From NCBI GenBank assembly GCA_951406725.2, contig OX597822.1:68820001-68884000 (forward strand): DNA of 64,000 bases, written 5' to 3'. A program made the position numbers and the translations under genes. Origin of the DNA: Octopus vulgaris. Lineage: Eukaryota. Positions 24,706-38,738 of this stretch are shown piece after piece (positions within the stretch are counted from its first letter, which is position 1; each line of letters starts with the position of its first letter). The notes beneath the pieces are model-generated. The model was not told the DNA's origin. It ran no database searches and was given only the letters and a program-made list of their open reading frames with translations.

Positions 24706-25154
24706 GATATACAGTAAATTATTTTGTCATGCTGGATCTGTTCATAATTTCATGTACTCGCATTTTTTCAGGCTCCCTACCATTTCTGGTACACACTAGG
24801 CATAAGGCCAAAAATTGTGGGGAGGAGACAGTCTTCAATTCAAATATAGGATGCTTTAGAGGAATGATTATATCGATTCCAATACTCGACTGGGATTTAT
24901 TTTAAGAATGCCAAAAGAATTAATGGCAAAGTCAACTTTGGCAGAATTCAAAGAGACATAACTAAATACCACAAGGCATTTAGTCCAAATAATATTAATG
25001 ATTTCTAACATGGGAAGAAGGCCAAAAATTTTAGAGAGAGGGAACAGTCAAACAACTCAATCCCAATGCTTGGTTGGCTCTTATTTTATTGACTGTTGAA
25101 GGATGAAAGATAACTGACACTAAAGGAGTTTGATCTCAGAATGTAAAGATACAA

Positions 25155-25545
25155 ATGCAGGTATGGCTGTATGCTAAGACGTTCGGTTCCCAACAACATG
25201 GTTCTAGGTTCAGTCCCACCATAGGGCACCTTGGCTAAATGTGTTCTACCAGGGCATTGAACTGTCCAAAGCCTTGTACGAAGATTTGGTAGATGAGAAC
25301 TTATAGAAACCCATTATGTATGTGTGTGTGTCTTTGTGTCTGTATTTGTCCCCCAGCATTGATTGAACCAATGTTGGTGTGTTTATGTCCCTAAAACTTA
25401 GTGGTGCAGCAAAAGTCTGACAGAATAAGTACCAAGGTTAAAAACAGATGTATCGGAATCAATTCATTCGACTAAAACATTTTCAAGGCAGTGCATCAGT
25501 ATGACCACAGTCTAGTGACTGAAACAGGTAAAAAATAAAAGATAA
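25155..25545 (+). mobile_element. SINE family A, degenerate
   Basis: Family match. Confidence 0.8.
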
Positions 25546-26524
25546 ATACTACAATGTATTTTGTTTGCCATTTTACTAATTCTACCAATTTTTTATATCT
25601 AACATAAACACAAAAACAAAGAAATTTTTCAGAAGAGTACACCAAAATAACTCAACTGCAATACTGAAATGGAACTTGATTTGGAAGGATGAACCACAAG
25701 ACAAAGTCAACCATGAGATGTGATTCAAACATAATGTAAAGAAACATAGCTAAAACTGCAACAGATTTGTCTGACTCTCTTCTCTAATTTTGCTAATCAA
25801 TAATAATAATAATAATTGTTTCTAATTTAGATATAAGGCCAGCAATCTTGAGAAAAAAGGGTTAGTTAATACCATCATTCCCAGAATTTGACAAGTACCT
25901 TGTTTTATCAATCTCGAAAGTATGAAAGGCAAAGGGGAACCTTGGTAGGATTTGAACTCAAAACACAAAGAGCTGGAAGTTCATCATGTGTGTGTGTGTG
26001 TGTACGTGTGTGTGTGTGTGTATGCGTGTGTGTGTGTGTGTCTTCTCTCTTTCTCACACACAAGAACAAGTATTGTTCCTTGATGTGAAAACGACATCGT
26101 TTTGCTTATAAATTGTCAAGCAATGTCATATGGAATGTAAACAGACTCACTAAAATGCGTGTGTGTGTGTGTGTAAACATATATGACAATCTTCCATTCA
26201 GGACATTGGTCAGCCAGGAGTCTATAGCAGAAGACAAAAATACTAGTCCAAAGTCCCATGCAGAAGAGTAGAACCTGAAACCATATGTTTAAGTATGAAG
26301 CAAATTCTGTATGCACAACAGCCAAGCCTATGCCTAACAAAACAACACGAAACAACAGACTAACTTGACAGCAATATCAATTGTAATTTTTAAATTGTTC
26401 CACCCTACCAGTTATCAAAATGAAGAAAAAAAACAGAAATGCCTTTAATTTGAGTCTCATAATTGCAATTATATATTTCGTGAAAATAGATTATTCTTCT
26501 GGTCTGGTTTTCTGTAGAACATGG

Positions 26525-26745
26525 AAGCACGTGGCTTAGTGGTTAGGGTATCGGCATCATGATCGTAAGATTGTGGTTTCAATTCCTGGACTCGGCGACG
26601 CGTTGTGTTCTTGAGCAAAACACTTCATTTCACGTTGCTCCAATCCACTTGACTGGCAAAAATGAGTAACACTGTGAACACATATGCCATAGAAACCAGG
26701 AAACCGGGCCCATGAGCCTGGCTAGGCTTTAAAAGGGTACATTTA
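26525..26745 (+). mobile_element. SINE family C, short form
   Basis: tRNA-like head 'gtggcttagtggttaggg...ggtttcaattcctgg'; tail 'gaaaccaggaaaccgggcccatgagcc' followed by (TTA)n. Confidence 0.8.
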
Positions 26746-26851
26746 TTTATTATTATTATTTCTGCAGAACAGTACAAGTACAGAAAGAGCCAAACTTGCC
26801 CCAAACATAGAATGAAGACATACATTTTCAGGACATTAACATTAACATTAT

Positions 26852-27017
26852 AGACGTAGGAGTGGCTGTGTGGTAAGTAGCTTGCTTACCAACCACATGG
26901 TTCTGGGTTCAGTCCCACTGCGTGGCACCTTGGGCAAGTGTCTTCTACTATAGCCTTGGGCTGACCAAAGCCTTGTGAGTGGATTTGGTAGACGGAAACT
27001 GAAAGAAGCCTGTCATA

Positions 27018-27073
<56 letters not shown>

Positions 27074-27295
27074 CATATGTTTGTGTGTCTGTGTTTGTCC
27101 CCCCCCACCCGACATCGCTTGACAACCGATGCTGGTGTGTTTACGTCCCTGTAACTTAGCAGTTCATCAAAAGAGACCGATAGAATAAGTACTAGGCTTA
27201 CAAAGAATAAGTCCTGGGGTCGATTTGCTCGACAAAAGGTGGTGCTCCAGCATGGCCACAGTCAAACGACTGAAACAAGTAAAAGAGTAAAAAAA
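26852..27295 (+). mobile_element. SINE family A, full length
   Basis: Complete head to tail. Confidence 0.92.
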
Positions 27296-28598
27296 AGAGA
27301 TTAATATCATGAAAATATGAAGCATCTATCCATGAACAGGATTGCCTGGAGATGTTGCCTCTTAACAGTTGATTCACAGTGGTTAACGTAGTCACTTTGC
27401 AAATGACAGTTGGTTCTTGTGATTAGCATAAACACATTTAGGTCACTCAAGTATTTCATTCCATATTCTTCAGTCTATTTCTAATTTCATTTAAGTATTA
27501 ATAACTCACAGCAATTATTTAATTAATTTTACACATTGTATAGCAATCAAGTGGCTTTTCTGATTACCTATAGATAACAACCATCTTCTCGAAACACCTG
27601 AGCAAAGTATATTTATAAAATTCATTTGTCAGCCAACAAAATTATGTCCACTTCCAATGCCATGTAGTAGGAAGATATACACAAGTCATATATAATCACA
27701 AGCCAGTCTGCTTTTTGCACAGAAACCAATAGGGCACTGATTATTTCACTAAAGCAATAGGATTTATCTATAACTTGGCGTCTCTCTTTCTTTCTCTTAA
27801 CTATCTATTGCCTGCTCGTGACACTTCTTCATTCAATTCTTATCAACCATTCTTATCATACATTTTTATTGCTAACAAGCAACACTTGGTGCCTTTAATA
27901 CCCAACCACAATCTAGATTGAAGATTTATATTACATATTCAACAAGTGCAAAGTAGGAGTTTGTGTCACAATTTTCCACTTTTAATTTTCAGTAAAAAAT
28001 AAAAAATAAAAAAACTACACTTAAAGCTCAAAAAAATTCATAGATCTCTTCAACATAACTTAAATCATTTCAACAGCTTTTAGAATGTGAGTAGAATGTC
28101 ATCTTTTTCAAGCTAGAAACAAAATGAACTGCTGCTGGAAATAGGTCTAAACAGCTAACTAGACCTTCAGGCATGTGCCACACATATTGGAGGCCTATCC
28201 TCAATCAAATTACTATGTTATCTGTTTGTGTTTTAGGAAACAAATTATGAAGAATTGGATCCAACAATTTGAAGCAATTATCTCTTCTGCAATAATAAAC
28301 AGACATAAAACAATTTTGCAAATGAAAATTAGGCAATTATACTACTAACCAAAGTTGTAGAGAGCATTTGCAGTAAGATAACTAACATATTCTTCACTAT
28401 ACCTCTGTTCTGGTTATTTGACACCAACATCAAGGAAAAGATTAAATTCATTTCCTACTACTACAAATTCTGTGCTAGAAATGATGGCACTATTTAGAAT
28501 TATGTAACGTTGCTTTGAATTTCGCATTATTCCATGAAATTTGTCAGTCACAGAAGCCCAAAATTTTTTATATATATATATATGTATATGAATATGTG

Positions 28599-28645
<47 letters not shown>

Positions 28646-28694
28646 TCATCATCATCATTTAATATCCGCTTTCCATGCTAGCATGGGTTGGACT

Positions 28695-28724
<30 letters not shown>

Positions 28725-28731
<7 letters not shown>

Positions 28732-29207
28732 TACTCCCCACATCAAAGTGGCTGTCCTGTGTTACTACTCATTTAACCCCAGGCAAATCTTCCGCCAGCT
28801 CGTTATCGGTGCAGCACTGTACCCAGTACATATATATTGCCAATAGGGGAACAAACCCCTGTCATCCCCCAGCAGATGACAGGATCATGAGACTGACTCA
28901 GTTTCGAGCTAGTTTGCTCATCTTCAGACACAAACACCTGGTCGCCAGAGAAATGGCCAGAGTCCACTCCGGCTAGCAATATATTGTAAACAAAGCAACC
29001 ATCAGTCACTTATTCGCAACAAACAAAGTAGCTAGTTGTAAAATCTCGAGATGAGAGTAGTAACTATACTAACAAGTAAAGTTAATTGCCACAAAGTGGC
29101 TGTTCCATATTACTACTAGTTTAACCCCAAGCAGATCTTCCGCCAGCTGGTTTACAATATATTGCTAGCTGGAGCAGACTCTGACCATCGCTCATCTCTT
29201 CTTGAGA
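28725..29207. mobile_element. Penelope-like relic in (TA)n with direct and inverted segments
   Basis: Direct repeat 28745-28800 / 29093-29148; inverted repeat 28953-28996 / 29146-29188. Minus-strand CTGAAGAT-GAGC..GCTC-GAAAC-tga-GTC at 28891-28931. Confidence 0.65.
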
Positions 29208-29339
29208 TATATATATATATATATATTATTATTATTTATGCGCCCTTTTCAAGCCTAACCAGGCTCATGGGCCCGGTTTCTGTGGTGTATGTGTTCCCCC
29301 CCAGCTGGACGGAAAAGAGGAAGCTAAAACAATCATAAT

Positions 29340-29552
29340 AATCCTTTCTACTAAAGGCACAAGGCCAGAAATTTGGGGGGAGGGGACTAGTAGACCACAT
29401 CAACCCCAGTGTCTCACTGGTACTTAATTTATCGACCCTGAAAGGTTGAAAGATGAAGTCAACCTCAGCAGAATTTGAACTCAGGACATAAGAACAGCCA
29501 AAATGCTGCTAAGATTTTGTCCGGCGCACAAACGGTTCTGCCAGCTCACCGC
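29340..29552 (-). mobile_element. SINE family B
   Basis: Family match. Confidence 0.8.
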
Positions 29553-29557
29553 TTTAA

Positions 29558-29780
29558 CCCTTTCGATACCAATCCGGCTGAAACCACCTCTGGCTCTGTA
29601 GTACAAATGTCTCGTTTTCAAAAGTTCTTAATTAAAATATTCCTCCAAACCTTAGTCACAATTTATGTTCCTAACACTAGCTTAATGATAACTAAGTTAT
29701 TTTACTAAATTCTTTGTTATATTTAAATATTAAGTGGAAGAAACACAGACCATCTCAACAGAAATATGGTAATAAAAGGG
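29558..29780. mobile_element. piggyBac-type MITE
   Basis: TTAA|CCCTTTCGATACCA ... TGGTAATAAAAGGG|TTAA. Confidence 0.8.
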
Positions 29781-29899
29781 TTAAACGATCATAATAATAA
29801 TGATGTTCACTCTTCATGGAAATATAATCTGAATGAAGCTGCACCATTCTCTGTCTCTTTTAACATTTCAAACTTTCCACTGGCTATTCATTCAAAAAC

Positions 29900-30300
29900 C
29901 CTACTCCCAACTACACGGTTCCAGGTTAAGTCCCACTGTGTGAAATATTGGGCAAGTGCCTTCTACTATAGCCTTAGGCTGACCAAAGCCTTGTGGATGG
30001 ATTTGGTAGATGGAAACTGAAAGAAGCCCATCATATCTCTCTCTCTATCTATCTATCTACCTATTTATCTATCTATCTGTCTGTCTGTCTGTCTTTGTAG
30101 CTATGTTTGTCCCCCACCACTGCTTGACAACTGGTGTCGATGTGTTTATGTCCCTGTAACTTAGCAGTTCAGCAAAAGACACCAATAGAATAAGTACCAG
30201 GCATAAAAAAAAAGTACTGGGGTCAATTCATTCAACTAAAATTTCTTCAAGGCTGTGCTCCAGTATGGCCATGGTCTAATGACTGAAACAAGTAAAAAAT
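29900..30300 (+). mobile_element. SINE family A
   Basis: Family match. Confidence 0.85.
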
Positions 30301-30792
30301 ACAGTTTTAAAACGTGTCACTTCAAGTTGTATCTCTAACATTCACCAACAGATAACCTTTCATCCCGGATGCTTTCCCAAGCAAAGGTGGAGAAGGACTT
30401 CTTGCACTAAGTCCATTTTTTGTGAAAACTTTGCCGATTTTATACCTAATACACTTCACAGGTAACATGGAATGCATTGTTTATTGCAATGTTTCTCAAC
30501 CAGGTAACATATGGCCACAGTAGTGATATATGGTAGTTATATTGGATGTGCTGTCACACCCTTTGTCTATATGACCCCCAGGGGTCTACTTAAGATTTTG
30601 CAGGGTTCACGCAAACAAAATAGTAAACTGGGGTCCATGAAAAAGTTTTGATTTAGATATATCTATTTCAAGACCCAGTAGTTAGGGCAACAGACTCGGT
30701 ATCTACATATCAAATTTGAGCGCAATGGGATGGAGGATGCCCGAGATCCTAGAAGACACACACACAGACAGACAGAACGGATTTTATATAAT

Positions 30793-30835
<43 letters not shown>

Positions 30836-31729
30836 GCTTCTTTCAGTTTCTGTCAACCAAATCCACTCACAAGGCTTTGGTCGATCCAAGGCTATAGTAG
30901 AAGACGCTTGCCCAATGTGCCATGCAGTGGGACTGAACCCAGAACCATGTGGTTGGGAAGCAAGCTTCTTACCACACAGTCCTCCAGTGCCTATATCTTT
31001 TATGTTACATTTTTTTAACAGAGTACATGTTAATAAGTAAATTTCATAAACAAAAATATGTACCCTTTTCATCTAAGCCTAACATTTCAAGTCTTCTACT
31101 GTAGCCCCAGGTCTACCAAAGCCTTATAAGTAGATCTGTTAAATGAAAACTTAAAGAAGTTCATCATATGTGCATGTGAGTGTGCATGTATATCCTTGCC
31201 TTGGCCTCATGGTTGTAAATGGGCATCATCATCATTCAAGTAATGTTCATTTTCAATCTTCTATGAAAAACAAGGCATAAGAGTAATATTACCTTATTTG
31301 GAAACAGGGCATGGGAATAATATTACCTTATTTGGAAACAGATGAGGTTTGGTGACAGGAAGAGCTCCAGCTGTAGAAAATTTGCCTCAATGAAGTCCAT
31401 CTGACTCATGCAAGCATGAAAAAGTGAAAGCTAAATGCTGCTGAGGATATATCACATGACCACATAATCACATGACTGACCAAACTATCAGATGTTGTTA
31501 CATATTGCTGGTAACAATGTATTTTGCATCATTTTAGCCTTTCAATGACACCACCCTGCTGGCTTGGTGAGCAGGCCAACATTCCCCACTTAACTGGAGC
31601 AATGTGAAATGTAGTGTTTTGCTCAAGAACACATGGTACCCAGTCAGGGAACTGAACCCACAATCTAGCAATTGTAAGTGCAATACATTAACCACTAGGC
31701 CACATGCCTTCATGCTGATGACATATATG

Positions 31730-31762
<33 letters not shown>

Positions 31763-31765
<3 letters not shown>

Positions 31766-32135
31766 CGTAGGAGTGGTTGTGTGGTAAGTAGCTTGCTTAC
31801 CAACCACATGGCACCTTGGGCAAGTGTCTTCTACTATAGCCTCGGGTCGACCAAAGTCTTGAGTGGATTTGGTAAACAGAAACTGAAAGAAGCCCATCGT
31901 ATATACATGTGTGTGTGTGTGTGTGTTTGTGTAAGTTTGTGTGTCTGTGTGTGTCCCCAACATCGCTTGACAACCGATGCTGGTGTGTTTACGTCCCGTA
32001 ACTTAGCGGTTTGGCAAAAAGAGCCCGATAGAATAAGTACTAGGCTTACAAAAAATAAGTCCTGGGTCGATGTGCTTGACTAAAGGCAGTGCTCCAGCAT
32101 GGCCACAGTCAAATGACTGAAAAAGCAAAAGAGTA
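31763..32135 (+). mobile_element. SINE family A (B-box region deleted)
   Basis: 'accacatgg|caccttggg' joins across the missing segment. Confidence 0.88.
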
Positions 32136-32248
32136 TAAGACAGAGTATATATATACACATATATATATCATGCTAGCATGGAAAGCGGACGCTAAACGAT
32201 GATGATGATAACATATTTATATAATATATATATATATATTACATATAT

Positions 32249-32283
<35 letters not shown>

Positions 32284-35200
32284 CTTACTACATGTGATCA
32301 TTTCCTTACATTCAACTTGACACTCGACTCCTTCATTACATTTTCCTTTTTAACTTTTAATGGTGCTAAACGATAAAACATTTATCTTGTAAAAATAAAA
32401 TAATATCATCATAGCCTTGGACACTACTCGCATTTTCTACAAGCACTAAGTTCAGACATGTATTAGTTATGGAATCCCTGAGTCTAGGAAAGCCTAAAAA
32501 TCTAGAGACAGCCTCTTATTTGGACAGTGAAAAATTAAAACATACAAAAAAAAACAGTATCTTTTGAACTTATCAAAAGGATTTCTTGTGTGTGTGTTTG
32601 CAAGTATAGCTAACTTTTCAATAACTTGCTTGCCTTCTTAGCCAGCAGGTAAAACAACCAGAACAAAACTCAGTTTCTTTCAACTCAACAGTGTCAGCAT
32701 GCTTCCACCCTCCTAGTCTACCATCTCACAAAATAAAGACTCTCCATTCCTTAGCATGCTTCCACCCTCTCAGTTTATCCTCATCTATTGTCTCACAAAA
32801 TATACAGACACTACCTTCCCTCTCAACTTCTCTTATGACAAGGTCTACTTCGTTGCTTCATATATTGATTGTTACCTTCTGGATCCCACATCAACCATTC
32901 ATAAGAGACAGCCTGCTGAAGGATTTTTTTTTCTTTTTTATTACAGTAGGCTGTCTTCTATGAACTACCCAACAACCATATACTTTGTTCACTAACTCAT
33001 CTCTTGTTTTTCTGCAGTCTGGAACTTAGCTCTTCAAAAGAGCTTTCCTCCTTCAATTTCTTTCAACTACTCTTTAACTGTCTTTCTATATTTATTTACA
33101 TAATTTAATCTACAATAACACAATTGGTTTTATGCAATAACCTACAATACACCTCCACATGGAAACGGGTAGCTAGAATTAGCCTCACATATAATTATTT
33201 GTTCTTCACTGTTTCTCAAAAAAAAAAAAAAATAGAATTCAGCCAGAATTCTTTCTAAGTTAAAATATAACTAGCTCATATAACTGTTCTTACTTTACTT
33301 CATAAGCACTACATGGCTAGAAAAATATCAGCAGGTTTACCAATACAGCTATTGAAATCACCAACTACATTATTTAATACTCATGTCATCTGGTTTTAAG
33401 TTGCTTAGTGTCTTAACTTCTTAATTCTTTGCTTCAACAACTATGTGTGTATATATTTTACACACACACACATCACTATACACAAGTTGGCATCTGTTAA
33501 CCTACCATAAACAATGTCGATATTCACTTCAAATTACATCTATAACTTGTGAATCCAAGCATTTTCAGAACAAAAACCAGGCCAACACACTCCAGCCTCA
33601 CCTCAGAGCCTATCTACTTATTCACCTTACCCGTGATCATTCTTCCATAGCAAAACTTTTCAATCTATGACTGTGTGTGTGTATTATGCATAGAACGGCT
33701 AACTTGGTCCAGTTCTTTACTGTTATAGTCCTGTCTTTTCTGCTGTATAGTAAATAAAATAGACAAACAAATCGATAAAAAAAAATTTTATCACAAAATA
33801 TGAAAGTTACTGAAGAAAAAAAACCCTTTAAAATTTAACCCATTTAAAATTAAGAGTATAACAGCCAGAATAAGAGAACAGTTATATTGGTAATCTTAAT
33901 TATATGATAGGATTTTCAAAAATAAAATAAAGTATAAAATATCCCAATCAAACTGTACTTTGATGAATAATCTTCGTTATGTAAAAGGAACACCTAACTT
34001 TAGAATGAGAGGGAATTTCTCTCCCACCTTTAAAGCATGTTTCCATTTCATTAAATTCTGTAAATGTCTACGTGTCCTGATACAGAATAAATAACTTAGA
34101 GTAACGTAAAATGGTAATTTAGCAGTGACTTAAGGAGCTAGCATAGTTGGGACATTTTATGTCAGAGACGTGGCAGGATTCCATCTGCCACACGCATACT
34201 TTATCAGGAACAGGTGTGATGTAATCTCAAGTTCTCTACAGATTTTTCGATTGAAACAAATGTTATATAACGTAATATAGTTTATATATATATATATATA
34301 GTATAATATCATATACGATCACACGTATATATACACACACATGAAATCGTAATGAAAATATACATAAAGGTAGAACCATACGTGTGTTTGTATGTGGATA
34401 AATTAATTAAAAAAAAGAGAGGGGGGGTAAAACGAAACTATGTTAATGGTGGAAGATTGAGTAGGTTCTTGAATGGGATGAAGAATGACGAGATGCTGAA
34501 TTAAATAAGAGGAGATATCCACCACCCCGGGTGGATGTCTCGCTAAGCAACACCTCAATAGTTTAGTGCCAGCCAAGGAGAGGAGGAAAGAAAAGACAGC
34601 AAAGTCGGCCAGGCAACGTCATTTTGCCGCAAAATTTAGGCCAAACAACAGAATAGGAGATAGGCAGTTAGAGGAAAAAACCAGGACATACTACCAGACA
34701 TGCCACTCACACGTACATCTCAATGGAGATAGACATGTGTGAATAAGTATATATATATAACATACACGTGTTTAGATGGATAGATATATATGCACACACA
34801 TATATATGTATAAAGATACCTTTAAAAGATTCCTATTATACTTCCAAAGTTATGAATGTTTCTATAAAAGGGACTGCGAACATGGTTAGTGGGTAATGGG
34901 GATAGAATTGTGGAATGATTTCAGGATTGAAAAGGATAAGTAACAACAATTGAGAAAATCTAAAATAAAAGTGATTTTAAAACTAAGGTCTTCAGAAGAA
35001 TTGGAAAACCCGAAAGTTATAGGCATTCTTTTTACTTAGCTTAGTACTGATGTTTATTTTTGTTGATTTTTATCAAAGAAAAATAGGAAGAAAATAAGGT
35101 GAGAACGAAACTGGTTATTCCTTGATAGTTTAACTATTATTAAACACAGGAGTTCCTTTCAGGAAGAATCACAAAACGTGTGTTATTTTTGAAAGTTTGG

Positions 35201-37273
35201 TTCAAGTCTCTAAGGAGCGGGAAAACGTACCCCCCCTCCGTCTCAGTGTTTAATAAACAAAACGGTAAAACAATTTACGTACAAGCATTACTTATAATAG
35301 TGACAACATAATCCAAAATACTTATGGAATAACAGCATATATGGCAAACTTTATCAGGAAATTATTGCGGTAACCGAAATAAATAAGAAACCAAACTTTA
35401 CACACATACACACACACTCATGGTACGAGTGAAGCAGAGATCATCAATCCCTTGTGTGTATACATATATGTGTGGTGTTTATATGTTTAGTCTGCCTGAT
35501 TGTTATTGTTTTAGCTGTGTTGATGTGTGTGTGTATGTGAATTGTTTCGGCATATAGACATATATATGTGTAAACATAGATCTCTGCATGTGTGTTTATG
35601 TAAACAAATGCGTTAGCGTGTATGTAAATACAAATGTTGGTATGTGTGCGATTGCAGATGTTCTGGTATGTCTAACGGCATCGGACGATTGTAGTTTCAA
35701 AGCCAGAAAGGGTTTGGTCCCAAAAGAACATTACTACATGTTTAGCAGTAATTGGCACCGTGTTTTAAGTACAAGAACTTTCAACTTCAAAACCATCCTA
35801 TATAGATATTCAAAATAACTCGGTTCCGTCTTGGAACGGACATCGCTCTAAACAGCCCACACACACACACATACACATGTGTATACATCTTCTACAAGTT
35901 TAAACACAACATGTCTCTTTAACGATCAATAAAACAGATTATCCCACACCATCACACCAACATCAAATATTCACGCTGTTGACAATATGAAAACAAGCAA
36001 CACTTTTTTTTTTTTTTTTTGGTTGCTTACACACACGCACACACACACACACAACTTGAAATAAATGTTGGAAGGAATGAGTACTGAATTATCCAGAACC
36101 AAAGTTTTCAAATAAATAAATCAAATGCAAGCAGTTGTTCAATACGTGAAGTGTATAATAAAGGAGATTATATAAAATTAGAGACTGTATTAGTATATAT
36201 TATAACAGACAAGAATGAAAGACGATTGAAATGGAACGGTAAAAATCGTCCCGGGACGGAGGCAACCATTAGTCATTTCCCACTCGCACTCATTTCACAA
36301 TCATATATACACACAAGTAGATAGTTACACAAACAAATATATATATTCTTGCATACATAAATAATATAGATATAGATCTGTATATATATACATGTATATA
36401 CACAGATAAATATATACATACATGCAGACACCTGTCTTCTTTCTCTACAGAATATTTCACTCGGTCTCTACTCTTCCTGCGATTCTATCAGCCACGATGG
36501 AATTTGTGTTCGTTAAAACATCAAAGAGGGGGGAGGGGGAAAGAAAAACTCCAATTAAACAACAACAAACCAACTGTCCCCACCTTGTCATCATTTCAAT
36601 ACAACAATAACAATACCAACCGGTCAGTTTGTTTCTGGTGTTCTTCGAGCACTTTGTTTTGTTAACTTTTTCTTTCTTTTTCTCTCTCTCTCTCTCTCTT
36701 TCTCCCTCTTTAGCTCGTTCTTAGTCTCTCTCAAGAAAGTAAGTCTTTTAGGAGCTTCATAGTCAATATGATTGGCAGGCTGTAAATCTGTCTGTGCTGT
36801 AAAGTTGCAATTATAATAATAATGATTTCTTTTATTTTTTATTTTATTTTAATAATAGCAATGTCATTAAGATACTGCAGCGGTGTATAGATAGATGTGC
36901 CGAACAATTTTACCATTTCGGGCAGTTGGTGTCTTATAGAGAGAAAATAAATAAGATATAGAAAACAGATAGAGGGGGAAACAGGAAAAAATATATGGTG
37001 ATGGTTAGGGAGATCTAAGGGAATGTCTGCGAGGGAGATGGAAGAATCTACAGATAAATAGATTGATTTTTTTTTTAATTGGTACATAGATACATATATG
37101 CATACCTACATACATACATACATAGTTACATATATAGGTAAACAGATCGATAGAGAAAGATAGACAGAGACAGCCAAGAAAGATAGATAGACAGAGGTAA
37201 AATACACAGAAGAGATAAATAGAGTAAGACGAGGAAGGATGAGGGGTAGAAAAAAAAAAAGAAAAGTACTCAC

Positions 37274-37455
37274 CTTTCTGTTGACAATCAATGCAGTTGA
37301 GGACGTCACTAAGGTCGCTTCTCCGTCATGTCGGTTGGTTGGTCGGTTGGACGCGCAGACAGTCAGGCAGACAGACAGAAGACAGGCCGATAGACGGACG
37401 GTTGATGTGGTGTTAGCTGTGCAACAGCAGCAGCTGGGAGCAGCACTGCGTCTTG
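37274..37455 (-). other. Probable non-coding first exon (5'UTR) of a minus-strand gene, with uORF MTEKRP* (37309-37329)
   Basis: Perfect donor AAG|GTGAGT (GT at 37273-37272); GC/CpG-rich unique sequence; no in-frame ATG reading into the donor; lies near the CpG-domain boundary. Confidence 0.55.
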
Positions 37456-37579
37456 ATCTTTCTCTCTCTCTCTCTCAATCTATCTATCTATCCATTTCTC
37501 TTTCTCTCTCTCTATCTTTCTCTTTCCAATATCTATATTCTATCTATCTATCTATCTGCCTGTCTATCTCGCTCTCTCG

Positions 37580-37674
<95 letters not shown>

Positions 37675-38150
37675 GTATGTATGTATATATAGTTTCCAAA
37701 GAAAAGTGGAGAAGGACTCATTAGAAAAATACAATGTAAATATTTATTGTAATATTAAGCGTATTTTTCAGTTTCTACTCAGAGTTTCGTTTGCGCCGCT
37801 GATCGCGTAAAATATACAGTAAGAGTCGCTTATTATGATCACGGATAATGTCATCAAATTTTGTAATCCCAAACATGCTCAGAATATTGTCTCCATCCGG
37901 TTACTGTTATCGAAACGGCTCCGTCCCCAAAGTCATTGCAAAGCGCAACTTTTACTGCATGCATACATGTATACACCCATGCATGTATGTATGTAGAAAT
38001 AAGTGTGTGAGTGTGTGTATATTTACACGCGCGCACACACACACCATTCGATTTCGCACTGTCACATAATATATAATGTATTAGCGCCAACTTGGTGAAA
38101 GAAAAATTTTGCAAATTGAAAACGGCTTTACAGAAAATCGTTGGCATGAG
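37456..38150 (-). promoter_or_regulatory. Putative promoter region ((GA)n/(TA)n tracts followed by CpG-rich unique DNA)
   Basis: Upstream of the candidate first exon; CpG-rich at 37760-38150. Positional inference only. Confidence 0.3.
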
Positions 38151-38330
38151 AAAGGAAGTCAAGAGATAAATACACACACATACATACATACATACATACA
38201 TACATACATACATACATACATACATACATACATACATACATACATACATACATACATACATACATACATACATACATACATACGAGTGGACAAAAGGAAA
38301 TGACCCTCAACACATTGAGTAGGAATTACT

Positions 38331-38738
38331 CTTACTCTTTTACTCTTTTACTTGTTTCAGTCATTTGACTGCGGCCATGCTGGAGCACCGCCTTTAGTCG
38401 AGCAAATCGACCCCGGGACTTATTCTTTGTAAGCCCAGTACTTATTCTATCGGTCTCTTTTGCCGAACCGCTAAGTGACGGGGACGTAAACACACCAGCA
38501 TCGGTTGTCAAGCAATGCTAGGGGGACAAACACAGACACACAAACATATACACACACACTTATATATATATACATATATACGACAGGCTTCTTTCAGTTT
38601 CCGTCTACCAAATCCACTCACAAGGCATTAGTCGGCCCGGGGCTATAGCAGAAGACACTTGCCCAAGATGCCACGCAGTAGGACTGAACCCGGAACCATG
38701 TGGTTGGTTAGCAAGCTACTTACCACACAGCCACTCCT
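38331..38738 (-). mobile_element. SINE family A, young full-length copy
   Basis: CpG-rich, with a (TACTCTTT)n tail. Confidence 0.93.

Noticed and set aside
30320-30445. Possible minus-strand exon (YKIGKVFTKNGLSARSPSPP...)
   Set aside because: Poor polypyrimidine tract, weak donor and no recognisable homology. Similar weak candidates at ~28220-28290 and ~33670-33735 were also dropped.
37239-37724. 161-aa plus-strand ORF and other long low-complexity ORFs (e.g. 51989-52498, 61753-62226, 41236-41607)
   Set aside because: They consist of microsatellite or low-complexity translation (YIYI, LSLS, HTHT) and show no domain signal.
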